The notes below the pieces were generated by a model that saw nothing but the letters and a program-made list of their open reading frames with translations, was not told where the DNA came from and made no database searches. From positions 32,001-96,000 of the IMG/VR virus record IMGVR_UViG_3300045988_131014: a stretch of DNA of 64,000 nucleotides. The stretch is one strand, 5' to 3'. Both the position numbers and the translations under genes were made by a program. Positions 7,427 to 16,138 of the stretch are shown in pieces (the first letter of the stretch is position 1; each line of letters begins with the position of its first letter). The DNA comes from a virus.

Positions 7427-8339
7427 ATTATTCAGTCATACAGATTTAGATGGAATCGGTTGTGGTATTTTGGCAAAACTTGCATTCGGAGATGATGTAG
7501 ATATTTCATATTGTGATTATGATAACATTGATTCAAGTGTCATGGAGTTTATTGATAGTGAAACAGAATTTGATATGTGTATTATTACAGATATCAGAGT
7601 AAATGAAGATACAGCGAAAATTATTGATGACAGATTTAATAATTTTTATTTATTAGACCATCATCCAACAGCTCTTGGACTTAATAAGTATCTTTGGTGT
7701 TCTGTGACTATTGAGTATGAAGATATGGAACTTGGAACTATTAAAACCAGTGGAACAGAGATGTTTTATTATTGGTTAATCAAGAATGGTTATTTAAAAG
7801 ATTCAGAGACATTAAGAAGATTTGCTGAACTTGTGAGAGATTATGACACTTGGAGATGGTCGGAACTTGGTGGAGATGGGGTTATTTGTAAGCAGGTGAA
7901 TGACTTACTTTATCTGTATGGTCGAGATGATTTTATTCATTGGTGCGTTAACGAGATACGTGGTGAAATATTCCCATTATTATCTGCTAAAGATGAGGTC
8001 GTTCTAAAGATTAAGCAGGATGAAATTGATAGATATATCGAAGAGAAGAACGAAACTATGTTTACCAGTCCTATGTGTGGTAAGGTTTGTGGTTTTGTAT
8101 TTGCAGATAGGTTTGTTAGTGAATTAGGTAATAGACTTTGTAAAATGCATCCTGAAATCGATTTCGTGGCTATGATTGATATTGATGGTTGCACAGTATC
8201 TTATAGAACTGTTAAAGAAGATCTTGATCTTGGTAAAGAGGTAGCAAGTTTATTTGGTGGCGGCGGTCATCCAAAAGCTGCTGGTTCAGAATTTAGTCAG
8301 ACTATTAAGTTAAAAATTATTGAGAAAATCTTCGAATAA
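7419..8339 (+). CDS. DHH/DHHA1-family phosphoesterase (NrnA-like)
   Basis: SHTDLDGIGCG, ITD, LLDHHPT and GGGHPKAAG motifs; the start overlaps the cca stop (ATGGTTAA). Confidence 0.8.
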   Translation: MVKLFSHTDLDGIGCGILAKLAFGDDVDISYCDYDNIDSSVMEFIDSETEFDMCIITDIRVNEDTAKIIDDRFNNFYLLDHHPTALGLNKYLWCSVTIEYEDMELGTIKTSGTEMFYYWLIKNGYLKDSETLRRFAELVRDYDTWRWSELGGDGVICKQVNDLLYLYGRDDFIHWCVNEIRGEIFPLLSAKDEVVLKIKQDEIDRYIEEKNETMFTSPMCGKVCGFVFADRFVSELGNRLCKMHPEIDFVAMIDIDGCTVSYRTVKEDLDLGKEVASLFGGGGHPKAAGSEFSQTIKLKIIEKIFE

Positions 8340-8406
8340 TCTTTAATTCTATTCAAGGCTGATCAGCCAAAATTTCCAAATAAAAGTAACAAGAAATATT
8401 TTTTTT

Positions 8407-8447
8407 CCTATGGTTTTTGCAGACGTGCAAATTCCATAGGATTTTTT
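8407..8447 (+). terminator. rho-independent terminator
   Basis: CCTATGG..TTTGCA-gacg-TGCAAA..CCATAGG followed by ATTTTTT. Confidence 0.75.
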
Positions 8448-8530
8448 ACAACAAAATAATTAAGAAGAAAGGAATTAAGCAGTAACTCCTAGGTAATTAT
8501 GGTTACGTAACCTCTGTAAAATAGTGTATT

Positions 8531-9496
8531 TTGACAGAGAATAATGAAAAAAATAATTCTCAAGGACTACGAGTATTAAGTTTATGTGGTGGAATCTCTT
8601 GTGGAAGAGTTGCATTAGATAAAGCCAATATTTCAGTCAGTGAGTATAACGCATTTGAAATTGAAGAGAATGCAATCAAAATCAGTAGATATAATTATCC
8701 TGATATCAAAAGATACGGTGACGTATTTTCTACCGACTTCAAGGGTTTTAATGGAGTCGATCTATTAATGGGTGGTTCACCTTGCCAGTTCTGGTCGAAA
8801 GCCAAGTGTAGTAAAACAGCAAAATTGAAGAGAGAAATTGATACAGAAGGCGAAGGTTGGAAACTGTTTCAGAAATTTGTGGAAGCAAAGAATAACACAA
8901 ATCCAAAATATTTCCTATATGAAAACAATTATGGAATGGCTGATGAGATTCAAGACGCTATTAGTGAGGAATTGGGTGTACAACCAATTATGATTGATAG
9001 TCAATTATTATCAGCTCAGAGAAGAAAACGTCTGTATTGGACGAACATACCAAATATCACGCTTCCTGATGATAAAGGATTATTAGTGAAAGATGTTATT
9101 TGTGATGATCCAGATTTAGTCAAATACTTTGATGACAGAATCAGGAACACAATGATTAAGTGTGAGAATTACATAAAATATGATCTTGGTGGCAAAGGTC
9201 ATTATTCGCAACAGGACAGGCTGTACTTTTTAGATAAGAAAGCTCCAACAGTACCACGTTGTAGAACAGAAACAAAATTCAATGTTTGGCTTGGTGGAGA
9301 AAAATATAAAAAGACATGTCCATTAGAGATTGAACGACTTCAGACACTTCCAGACAATTATACGGAGTTTGGAATGGATGAGAGTGGCAATGTAAAAGCA
9401 ATGCCTAAGACAAGAAGGTTTGAAGCAATTGGTAACGGATGGACTGTCGATGTTATAGCACATATTTTGAGTTTTATGAAGTGTAATGGAGAATAA
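8531..9496 (+). CDS. dcm: DNA (cytosine-5)-methyltransferase
   Basis: LSLCGGISCG (motif I), GGSPCQFWS (motif IV PCQ), ENNYG (motif VI), QRRKRLYW, GNGWTVDVIAHIL (motif X); TTG start without an obvious RBS. Confidence 0.9.
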   Translation: MTENNEKNNSQGLRVLSLCGGISCGRVALDKANISVSEYNAFEIEENAIKISRYNYPDIKRYGDVFSTDFKGFNGVDLLMGGSPCQFWSKAKCSKTAKLKREIDTEGEGWKLFQKFVEAKNNTNPKYFLYENNYGMADEIQDAISEELGVQPIMIDSQLLSAQRRKRLYWTNIPNITLPDDKGLLVKDVICDDPDLVKYFDDRIRNTMIKCENYIKYDLGGKGHYSQQDRLYFLDKKAPTVPRCRTETKFNVWLGGEKYKKTCPLEIERLQTLPDNYTEFGMDESGNVKAMPKTRRFEAIGNGWTVDVIAHILSFMKCNGE

Positions 9497-9583
9497 CATA
9501 ATATGAAGTTCGCAGTAAAGCGGAATTTCTTCTGAGTTTTCAGAGAATAAATACATATAAAAATAAAGAAAAGAGGTAGCAAA

Positions 9584-10108
9584 ATGAGAGAAACATTAAT
9601 TGTTGTAGATATGCAGAATGATTTTATTGATGGAACACTTGGTACAAAGGAAGCACAGGCAATTGTATCAAATGTAGCAAAGAAAATTAAGGAGTATAAG
9701 GATGCTGGTAAGCAGGTAATTTTTACAAGAGATACACATTCTGAGAATTACTTAGAAACATACGAGGGTAAGCACCTTCCTGTTGCTCACTGTGTAAAGA
9801 ATACTATTGGTTGGCAGATTTCCGATAAGTTAGATTTTGATATTGAGAACGATATTCTGATTGATAAGCCTACATTTGGTTGTTTAAACTGGAAGGATTT
9901 TGGATTTGAAAGCGTTGAGATTTGCGGATTATGCACCGATATCTGTGTGGTTTCAAATGCACTTATTATCAGAGCAAATTATCCTGAGATTGATATTACA
10001 ATAGATGCAAGTTGCTGTGCAGGTGTCACACCTGATACTCACAAGGCTGCATTAGCAACTATGAAGATGTGTCAGATCGAAGTGATTGGAGAGAATAATG
10101 AAGTGTAA
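9584..10108 (+). CDS. pncA: nicotinamidase (isochorismatase-fold PncA)
   Basis: LIVVDMQNDF, FTRDTHSENYLETYEGKHLPVAHCV and CGLCTDICV (catalytic Cys) motifs. Confidence 0.85.
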   Translation: MRETLIVVDMQNDFIDGTLGTKEAQAIVSNVAKKIKEYKDAGKQVIFTRDTHSENYLETYEGKHLPVAHCVKNTIGWQISDKLDFDIENDILIDKPTFGCLNWKDFGFESVEICGLCTDICVVSNALIIRANYPEIDITIDASCCAGVTPDTHKAALATMKMCQIEVIGENNEV

Positions 10109-10652
10109 GAATTATATCATTAATACTTTCAGACATTTTAAGAAAGTCTGTACTCATAAACGTTGGGTATTCTACTATTGCTGTAAAGTGGGAATTCCAT
10201 TTCAAGGGTTAGTACATGATTTATCTAAATTTTCTCCAACGGAATTTTGGGAGAGTGTTAAGTATTATCAAGGTACTTCAAGTCCAATAGATGCTTGCAA
10301 GAAAGAGAATGGTTGGTCAGTAGCTTGGATGCACCATAAAGGAAGAAACAAGCACCATTACGAATATTGGCAGGACAATTTTGATAATGGTGGAAATCCT
10401 ATTGAAATGCCAATGAAGTATAAAAAAGAAATGCTTTGTGATTATCTTGGAGCAGGTAGAGCATATCATGGTAAATCATTTAATTTTGAGAAGGAATTAA
10501 AATGGTGGGAATCTAAGAAAAGTAAACCAATTGCAATGCATCCAAATGACATGGCTTTTATTGATAAGTACATTAATCTGTTTTATGAGTACGAAAACAG
10601 AGAATATGATATTAGAACAATATTTAATCAAATCAAGAAAGAAGGAAAATAA
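10098..10652 (+). CDS. uncharacterised His-rich protein (possible metal-dependent hydrolase) embedded in the NAD operon
   Basis: VHDLSKFSPTEF and WMHHKGRNKHHYEYW motifs; ATG 10098 behind GGAGAG overlaps the pncA end; the ORF-track start 10086 is TTG. Confidence 0.6.
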   Translation: MKCKNYIINTFRHFKKVCTHKRWVFYYCCKVGIPFQGLVHDLSKFSPTEFWESVKYYQGTSSPIDACKKENGWSVAWMHHKGRNKHHYEYWQDNFDNGGNPIEMPMKYKKEMLCDYLGAGRAYHGKSFNFEKELKWWESKKSKPIAMHPNDMAFIDKYINLFYEYENREYDIRTIFNQIKKEGK

Positions 10653-10653
10653 T

Positions 10654-11862
10654 ATGGAGCAGATTATTACAAGTTTGTTGGAGACAGATGCCTACAAATT
10701 GTCAATGGGACAGGCTATTTATCATCAGTTTAGCGATTATAAAACCACTTGGAGTTTTAAATGTCGTAATAAGGATGTTCATTTTACACCAGAAATGGTA
10801 GAAGAGATCCGTAGACAGATTAAATTATATTGTGGTTTGAGATTCACAGAAGATGAACTTACTTATATTGATAATATCAAATGGATGAAAGGTTCATATG
10901 TTGATTTTCTGAGATTGTGGCAGCCAAGATATGAGGATTTTGAGATTACAACAGATTCAGATTGTGGTCTTTCTATCGAAACATTTGGTACATGGCTTAA
11001 TACATCTATGTATGAGATTCCTACACTTGCGATTGTAAACGAAGTATATTTCAGAATGGCATATAACTATGAGGAATTGCTTAATAGTTTCAAAAAGAGA
11101 TTAGATGAAAAGTACGAAAATCTCAGAAGCGGTCATTGGTACGCTGGTACATTTTCTGAATTTGGTCTTAGAAGAAGACTTTCTGCTGAAGCACAGGAGT
11201 TAGCTGTTGAGAAGTTTTCACATTTGAATGATACATTACACAGTCCATCTAAGTTTGTTGGTACATCTAATGTATATCTCGCAAAGAAATACAATCTCAC
11301 GCCTGTTGGAACTATGGCTCATGAATGGATTATGTGTTCTGGTCAGGGCAATCACAAGCACAATCCAGCATATTCAAACTGGTATGCCATAGACGCATGG
11401 GTTAGAGAGTATGGTGTGTTAAATGGTATTGCGCTCACAGACACAATTACAACTGATTGTTTCTTGAAAGATTTTCAGTTGACATATGCAACATTATTCA
11501 GTGGTGTAAGACATGATAGTGGCGATCCGATTGAATGGGGTGAAAAGATGATTAATCATTATGAGTCACTTGGTATCAATCCTAAGACAAAGACACTTCT
11601 GTTTAGTGACAGTCTTGATTTTGAAAGAGCTGATAAGTTATTCAGACACTTCCATGATAGAGTAAACGTTGCATTTGGAATTGGTACTTATTTGAGTAAT
11701 GACACAGATGTTCCCGCTTTAAATATTGTAATGAAAACCACTAAATGTAATGGCATGGATGTTGCAAAAGTGTCTGATGTAGAAGGTAAAGGTATGTGTA
11801 AAAACCCTGATTATGTTGATTATTTAAAGAGATGTATTAATTGGAGAATGAATCATGAATAA
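10654..11862 (+). CDS. pncB: nicotinate phosphoribosyltransferase
   Basis: The N-terminus MEQIITSLLETDAYKLSMGQA is typical of PncB, as are GTMAHEW and LFSGVRHDSGDP. ATG 10654 follows the RBS GAAGGAAA. The ORF-track start 10531 lies inside the preceding gene. Confidence 0.85.
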   Translation: MEQIITSLLETDAYKLSMGQAIYHQFSDYKTTWSFKCRNKDVHFTPEMVEEIRRQIKLYCGLRFTEDELTYIDNIKWMKGSYVDFLRLWQPRYEDFEITTDSDCGLSIETFGTWLNTSMYEIPTLAIVNEVYFRMAYNYEELLNSFKKRLDEKYENLRSGHWYAGTFSEFGLRRRLSAEAQELAVEKFSHLNDTLHSPSKFVGTSNVYLAKKYNLTPVGTMAHEWIMCSGQGNHKHNPAYSNWYAIDAWVREYGVLNGIALTDTITTDCFLKDFQLTYATLFSGVRHDSGDPIEWGEKMINHYESLGINPKTKTLLFSDSLDFERADKLFRHFHDRVNVAFGIGTYLSNDTDVPALNIVMKTTKCNGMDVAKVSDVEGKGMCKNPDYVDYLKRCINWRMNHE

Positions 11863-12481
11863 AATTTTACTTATACCAGGAAGTTTTAATCCAATTACTA
11901 ACGCCCATGTTGATATGGCATTGACTGCTAAAAAAGCGGTTAATGCCGATGCTATATTGTTTATTCCTGCACATGATACATATGTTGCGAAGAAAAAGAT
12001 TTTGATACCTGGATATTGTCGAGTATCGCTGATTAATTCAATGCCAAATTGTGAGGAAAATAATATGTGCGCATCCGAAGTTGAAACAACCAGCTTCTTT
12101 CCACAGAGGACATACAATACTATTACTCAGATAAGAGATATGAATGAAAAAGATTATATTTTCAACGAATACTATATTTGTTTAGGAATGGATAATATTG
12201 AAACACTTACAACTTGGTATAATTGGAAACCGTTTGTTGAGGAATATAATTTTGTAGCATGTGTGAGGGAAGGTCAGAATCTTGAGACTGCTTTAAGAGA
12301 AGCAAATCTTATGGAATATAAAGATCACTTCACAGAAATTCAGATACCAGAAAATCACACTTCTTCAAGTTTGGTTAGAGATTTATGTGAAAAGGGTGAA
12401 TTTGAAAAAGTAAAAGAATTAGTTCCTAGAAATGTATATGAGTATTTAATTCGGTTCTATGATGTGATGAATCGAATGTAG
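11855..12481 (+). CDS. nadD: nicotinate/nicotinamide mononucleotide adenylyltransferase (NadD-like)
   Basis: LLIPGSFNPITNAHVDM ((H/T)xGH-type motif) and TSSSLVRD (ISSTxxR-like); the start overlaps the pncB stop. Confidence 0.75.
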   Translation: MNKILLIPGSFNPITNAHVDMALTAKKAVNADAILFIPAHDTYVAKKKILIPGYCRVSLINSMPNCEENNMCASEVETTSFFPQRTYNTITQIRDMNEKDYIFNEYYICLGMDNIETLTTWYNWKPFVEEYNFVACVREGQNLETALREANLMEYKDHFTEIQIPENHTSSSLVRDLCEKGEFEKVKELVPRNVYEYLIRFYDVMNRM

Positions 12482-12497
12482 GAAGGAGAATATATAA

Positions 12498-13262
12498 ATG
12501 TTTGATGCTAAGAAAGTAAAGAATGAGATCGTAGAGTGGATTAGAGATTGGTTTGAACAGAATGGTAAAGATTGTATGGCAGTAGTTGGAATTTCTGGCG
12601 GTAAAGATTCAAGTGTTGTAGCTGCATTATGTGTAGAAGCTCTTGGAAAAAATAGAGTAATTGGAGTCCTTATGCCAAATGGACATCAATCAGATATTAT
12701 GGATGCATATAAATTATGCAAATTACTGAATATTAAAAGTATTGAGGTTAATATAAAAGAAACTGTAGATAGTGTGTACGATGCTATTCGTTATGGTGTT
12801 TATGATGATACACGACAAGGTTTTGACGAATTAAACATATCTGTACAGTCCAGAATTAATTTACCACCAAGAATTAGAATGGCTACATTATATGCTATTT
12901 CTCAGTCAGTAAATGGTCGTGTTGCTAATACATGTAATCTTTCTGAGGATTGGGTAGGTTATGCTACAAAATATGGCGATGCCGCTGGTGATTTCAGTCC
13001 ATTATCTCAGCTTACAGTAACAGAGGTTAAGGCTCTTGGTCGTGAGTTAGGACTTACATCTGAATTAATTGACAAGACACCTACCGATGGTCTTTGTGGA
13101 AAGACAGATGAAGATAATCTTGGATTTACATATGCAGAATTAGACGCATATATCAGAGATGGAATCGAGCCAAATGAGGAAGTAAAAGCTAAGATTGATT
13201 CAATGCATGAGAAAAATCTGTTTAAATTACAGCCAATGCCAAGTTTTGTGTATCAAGCGTAA
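12498..13262 (+). CDS. nadE: NH3-dependent NAD+ synthetase
   Basis: VVGISGGKDSSVVAAL PP-loop and DWVGYATKYGDAAGDFSPL; AAGGAG RBS. Confidence 0.85.
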   Translation: MFDAKKVKNEIVEWIRDWFEQNGKDCMAVVGISGGKDSSVVAALCVEALGKNRVIGVLMPNGHQSDIMDAYKLCKLLNIKSIEVNIKETVDSVYDAIRYGVYDDTRQGFDELNISVQSRINLPPRIRMATLYAISQSVNGRVANTCNLSEDWVGYATKYGDAAGDFSPLSQLTVTEVKALGRELGLTSELIDKTPTDGLCGKTDEDNLGFTYAELDAYIRDGIEPNEEVKAKIDSMHEKNLFKLQPMPSFVYQA

Positions 13263-13268
13263 ATGAGA

Positions 13269-13321
13269 TACTATATATAGTGTTTGTGGAAGATATAGGC
13301 ACTATATATAGTAATATTTTT
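13269..13321 (+). terminator. rho-independent terminator closing the NAD operon
   Basis: TACTATATATAGTG (13269-13282) pairs with CACTATATATAGTA (13300-13313), followed by ATATTTTT; each arm is itself palindromic. Confidence 0.7.
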
Positions 13322-13364
13322 ACCAAGAAACATAGATTTCCTTGGGTTAGAAAAGAGGTAAAAA

Positions 13365-13568
13365 ATGGCAAAATTAAAGAAAATCGCTGAAATTAAGGCA
13401 TATTACGGATGTGAAGCAAAAGAGGTCGTTGAAACCCTTGAAAATAAAGGGTTTTTGGTGGTCGATGATGATGAAAACGATACTGTCAATAAAATATGGC
13501 ATGTGCTAAAAAATGTAGAAAAACGGATGAAACCGAAGTTTCTTGGTGATTTAGGAGGTGACAAATGA
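13365..13568 (+). CDS. hypothetical protein
   Basis: ORF with AAGAGG RBS; stop overlaps the next start (ATGA). Confidence 0.55.
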   Translation: MAKLKKIAEIKAYYGCEAKEVVETLENKGFLVVDDDENDTVNKIWHVLKNVEKRMKPKFLGDLGGDK

Positions 13569-13849
13569 CAGAAAGTGAAGCTATCGAAGAACTAAAATAT
13601 GATTGTAATGAACTTGGTAAAGCAATCCCATGTGATACTTCATGGGGATGTTCTTTTGAAAATGCTTATGGAATGGCAATACAGGCACTTGAAAAGCAGA
13701 CACCAAAGAAAGTAAAAAATAGCGGAGAGAGAATTCCGTTTGAATGGTATTGTCCTACTTGCGGAGAAATATTGTGTGATGATGGCTACAAAGATATCGA
13801 CATTAAATATTGTGATCAATGCGGTCAGGCATTAGATTGGGAAAATTAA
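13565..13849 (+). CDS. hypothetical zinc-ribbon protein
   Basis: CPTCGEILC..CDQCGQ motif; AGGAGGTG RBS. Confidence 0.6.
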   Translation: MTESEAIEELKYDCNELGKAIPCDTSWGCSFENAYGMAIQALEKQTPKKVKNSGERIPFEWYCPTCGEILCDDGYKDIDIKYCDQCGQALDWEN

Positions 13850-13918
13850 GAGAATAAGAATAATGAAAGGAGACGAGGTTCGTGTACACAAGAAGGAATT
13901 CCTTACTCCAAGTAATTT

Positions 13919-14653
13919 ATGAAATATATGGGTTCAAAATCTCGTATAGTTGATAATATTTTACCGATTATTCAAGAAAGATTGCGAGATTATAATATCA
14001 AAACATACATAGAGCCATTTTGCGGTGGTTGTAATGTAATCGACAAAGTTCAGTGTGACACAAAAATCGCTTCTGACAATCATAAATATCTTATTGAAAT
14101 GTTCAAGAATCTAAATCAGATTCAAAATCTCCCAGAATTTATTACAAAAGAACACTATTCAGATGTAAGAGAGTGCTTTAACAAAAGATTGTCTACATAT
14201 CCTGATTGGTATATTGGAGCAGTTGGTTTTCTCTCAAGTTATAACGGCAGATTCTTTGATGGCGGTTACTCAGGTATCGTACATACAAAAGCTGGAACTG
14301 AAAGAAATTATTATGACGAAGCTAAGAGAAATTTGTTAGAACAAATTCCAAGGTTAGAAGATATTCAATTCCAATGTGGAGATTATGAAGAGTTATATTC
14401 TGATAAAGTTGACTGCTTATTTTATTGCGATATTCCATATAAGGGTACGAAACAATATGGATCAAGTAAGAACTTTGATTATGACAGATTTTGGAATTGG
14501 GCTGAGAAGATGAGTGAGAGGAATATTGTCTTAGTCAGTGAGCATGAAGCTCCTTCAGAATGGGAATGTATTTGGCAACAGGAAGTCAAAAGAACGATTG
14601 ACAATACAAAGCGAGTTAAAGCAGTAGAAAAGTTATTTGAAATAAGAGAATAA
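13919..14653 (+). CDS. dam: DNA N6-adenine methyltransferase (Dam/D12 class)
   Basis: MKYMGSKSRI N-terminus, EPFCGGCNV (FxGxG) and YCDIPYKGT (DPPY-like) motifs. Confidence 0.8.
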   Translation: MKYMGSKSRIVDNILPIIQERLRDYNIKTYIEPFCGGCNVIDKVQCDTKIASDNHKYLIEMFKNLNQIQNLPEFITKEHYSDVRECFNKRLSTYPDWYIGAVGFLSSYNGRFFDGGYSGIVHTKAGTERNYYDEAKRNLLEQIPRLEDIQFQCGDYEELYSDKVDCLFYCDIPYKGTKQYGSSKNFDYDRFWNWAEKMSERNIVLVSEHEAPSEWECIWQQEVKRTIDNTKRVKAVEKLFEIRE

Positions 14654-14672
14654 ATATCTGGGAGGTGATAAT

Positions 14673-15059
14673 TTGATAGAACCAAAGTCTTGTGTACAAG
14701 AATTAATATCTATGGAATGTATAGACAGAAGTGTTTTAATCCTATATCCATATGGACTTAGCAATGAACCAATATTAAAAGACAATATTCCCAAAATGAC
14801 AAAAGTGATAAGAGAATATATAAAAGAGTATGAAATGTATAGAAAGTGTGTAGATACAATTCCAAATCTTATATGGGATTCTCAAAAATTATCTATGCAG
14901 AATGAAGCTGATGAGCATCAAAGAAAAGCCGATGAACTTGCAAAAATAATGAATGAAGGTATCAGCCCTTATGCATGGTATGTCAAAGGTAGGTTTAATG
15001 GAGAGATAGGTGTGCTTCATTATAATGTAGATAATATAGTTTATTTGGATAGAAACTAA
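14673..15059 (+). CDS. hypothetical protein
   Basis: TTG start behind GGGAGGTG; ORF on the coding strand. Confidence 0.55.
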   Translation: MIEPKSCVQELISMECIDRSVLILYPYGLSNEPILKDNIPKMTKVIREYIKEYEMYRKCVDTIPNLIWDSQKLSMQNEADEHQRKADELAKIMNEGISPYAWYVKGRFNGEIGVLHYNVDNIVYLDRN

Positions 15060-15069
15060 AAAGAAATTT

Positions 15070-15261
15070 TGGTTTCATTTGGTTCTTAAAAAATCACTTA
15101 TTTTCAAATCAATCGCTCAAAACCCTTAATTTATAAGGCTTTCAGAGCATTGATTTTTATAAAATTAGACAAATCCTTAAAAATGCCGTATTTTACTCAA
15201 TTTTTGACGATTTTCAAATTTTCATGCCCTGCAACCCTTGATTTTACTAGGGTTACAGAGC
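15070..15261 (+). repeat. 192-bp inverted repeat, copy A
   Basis: Base-by-base reverse-complement identity with 42903-43094; similarity continues imperfectly for about 10-35 bp on both sides. Confidence 0.95.
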
Positions 15262-15297
15262 CAAGGAAATCCACGTTTCTTTTGAGGAGGTGATTGA

Positions 15298-15459
15298 TTG
15301 GATACATCGTGTGAAACTTGTAAATGTAATACATGTAAGATGAATGAAAATGGTGGTATTTATGGTGGATGTCTTGACTGTGAAAATTGCAAAGAACAAG
15401 ATTTACACTGTGAAGGTTGTTCAATGTATGAATATGACAAAGATAGACTGAGTAATTAA
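15298..15459 (+). CDS. small Cys-rich protein, 53 aa
   Basis: TTG start 7 nt after GAGGAGG; hand translation LDTSCETCKCNTCKMNENGGIYGGCLDCENCKEQDLHCEGCSMYEYDKDRLSN; below the ORF-track cutoff. Confidence 0.55.
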   Translation: MDTSCETCKCNTCKMNENGGIYGGCLDCENCKEQDLHCEGCSMYEYDKDRLSN

Positions 15460-15471
15460 GAGAATAATAGT

Positions 15472-15753
15472 ATGAATAAGAGACAGAAAAAGAAATTTAT
15501 TAAGAATAATATGACAAAGCTAAGGAAGATACATCCAAATGAAGGTGATATTGTAGTTCTTCAATGGAATCCAGATAGTGAATATATAAATTTTGACACC
15601 ATTGTTGAGTTCTATAAAGCTTGGGAGAATGCAGGAATTTTTGATAAATGCGGAGCTGCTATTGTTCCGTGCGACTTTAAGATTTTCAACAAGGAAGAAG
15701 CTCAGATATATATTGATAAGTTACAGAGCATTGTAGATCAGATGGGAGAATAA
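15472..15753 (+). CDS. hypothetical protein
   Basis: ORF on the coding strand; basic N-terminus. Confidence 0.55.
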   Translation: MNKRQKKKFIKNNMTKLRKIHPNEGDIVVLQWNPDSEYINFDTIVEFYKAWENAGIFDKCGAAIVPCDFKIFNKEEAQIYIDKLQSIVDQMGE

Positions 15754-15757
15754 GAAC

Positions 15758-16138
15758 ATGAGTAAATATAAGGTAAGTAATTATATTGCGAAAAAGTGGG
15801 AAGATATTTCAAAAGAGACACCAATGTATAAAGCTTATGAATTAGGTATAGCACAGGGAATGGCTTGGAGTTATGAAAATTTAAAATCTGCAACAGATAA
15901 GGAAACAGCAGATAAAATATGGCGTAATTATTTAGATGGAACAGATGAATTATGCACCATTTTTAGAACAATTGTTAATTTATCAAATGATGATACCAAT
16001 TCAAAAATTGAAAAATTAATGGAGAGACTATCTGAGACTAAGAAACCAGAAAAGGTTATGTCTGATGATGATAGAGATATGATTGAAGAGTTTCTTGAAT
16101 ATCTACAACATAAAAATGAAAATAAAAAGTCTAATTAA
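15758..16138 (+). CDS. hypothetical protein
   Basis: ORF on the coding strand; GGGAG RBS within the preceding stop region. Confidence 0.55.
   Translation: MSKYKVSNYIAKKWEDISKETPMYKAYELGIAQGMAWSYENLKSATDKETADKIWRNYLDGTDELCTIFRTIVNLSNDDTNSKIEKLMERLSETKKPEKVMSDDDRDMIEEFLEYLQHKNENKKSN

Noticed and set aside
10531-10653. Long N-terminal extension of pncB given by the ORF track (start 10531); similar upstream extensions occur at 1596, 3366, 19190, 19843, 26190, 26905, 27497, 32154, 49032, 51486 and 52216
   Set aside because: The extensions overlap the preceding gene. Each contains the RBS of the internal ATG/TTG, and each precedes the conserved N-terminus of the family.
13863-13922. 19-codon upstream ORF (MKGDEVRVHKKEFLTPSNL) overlapping the dam start
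   Set aside because: There is no RBS before its ATG, and the AAAGGAG lies inside it. It is probably incidental, although it leaves the dam start without an obvious RBS.
15148-15294. Small ORF inside the 192-bp repeat (..IFIKLDKSLKMPYFTQFLTIFKFSCPATLDFTRVTE..), also reported as 42769-43014(-) in copy B
   Set aside because: It has no RBS and its ends differ between the two copies because they run into unique flanks. The composition fits a chance frame. The repeat is better treated as a non-coding element.
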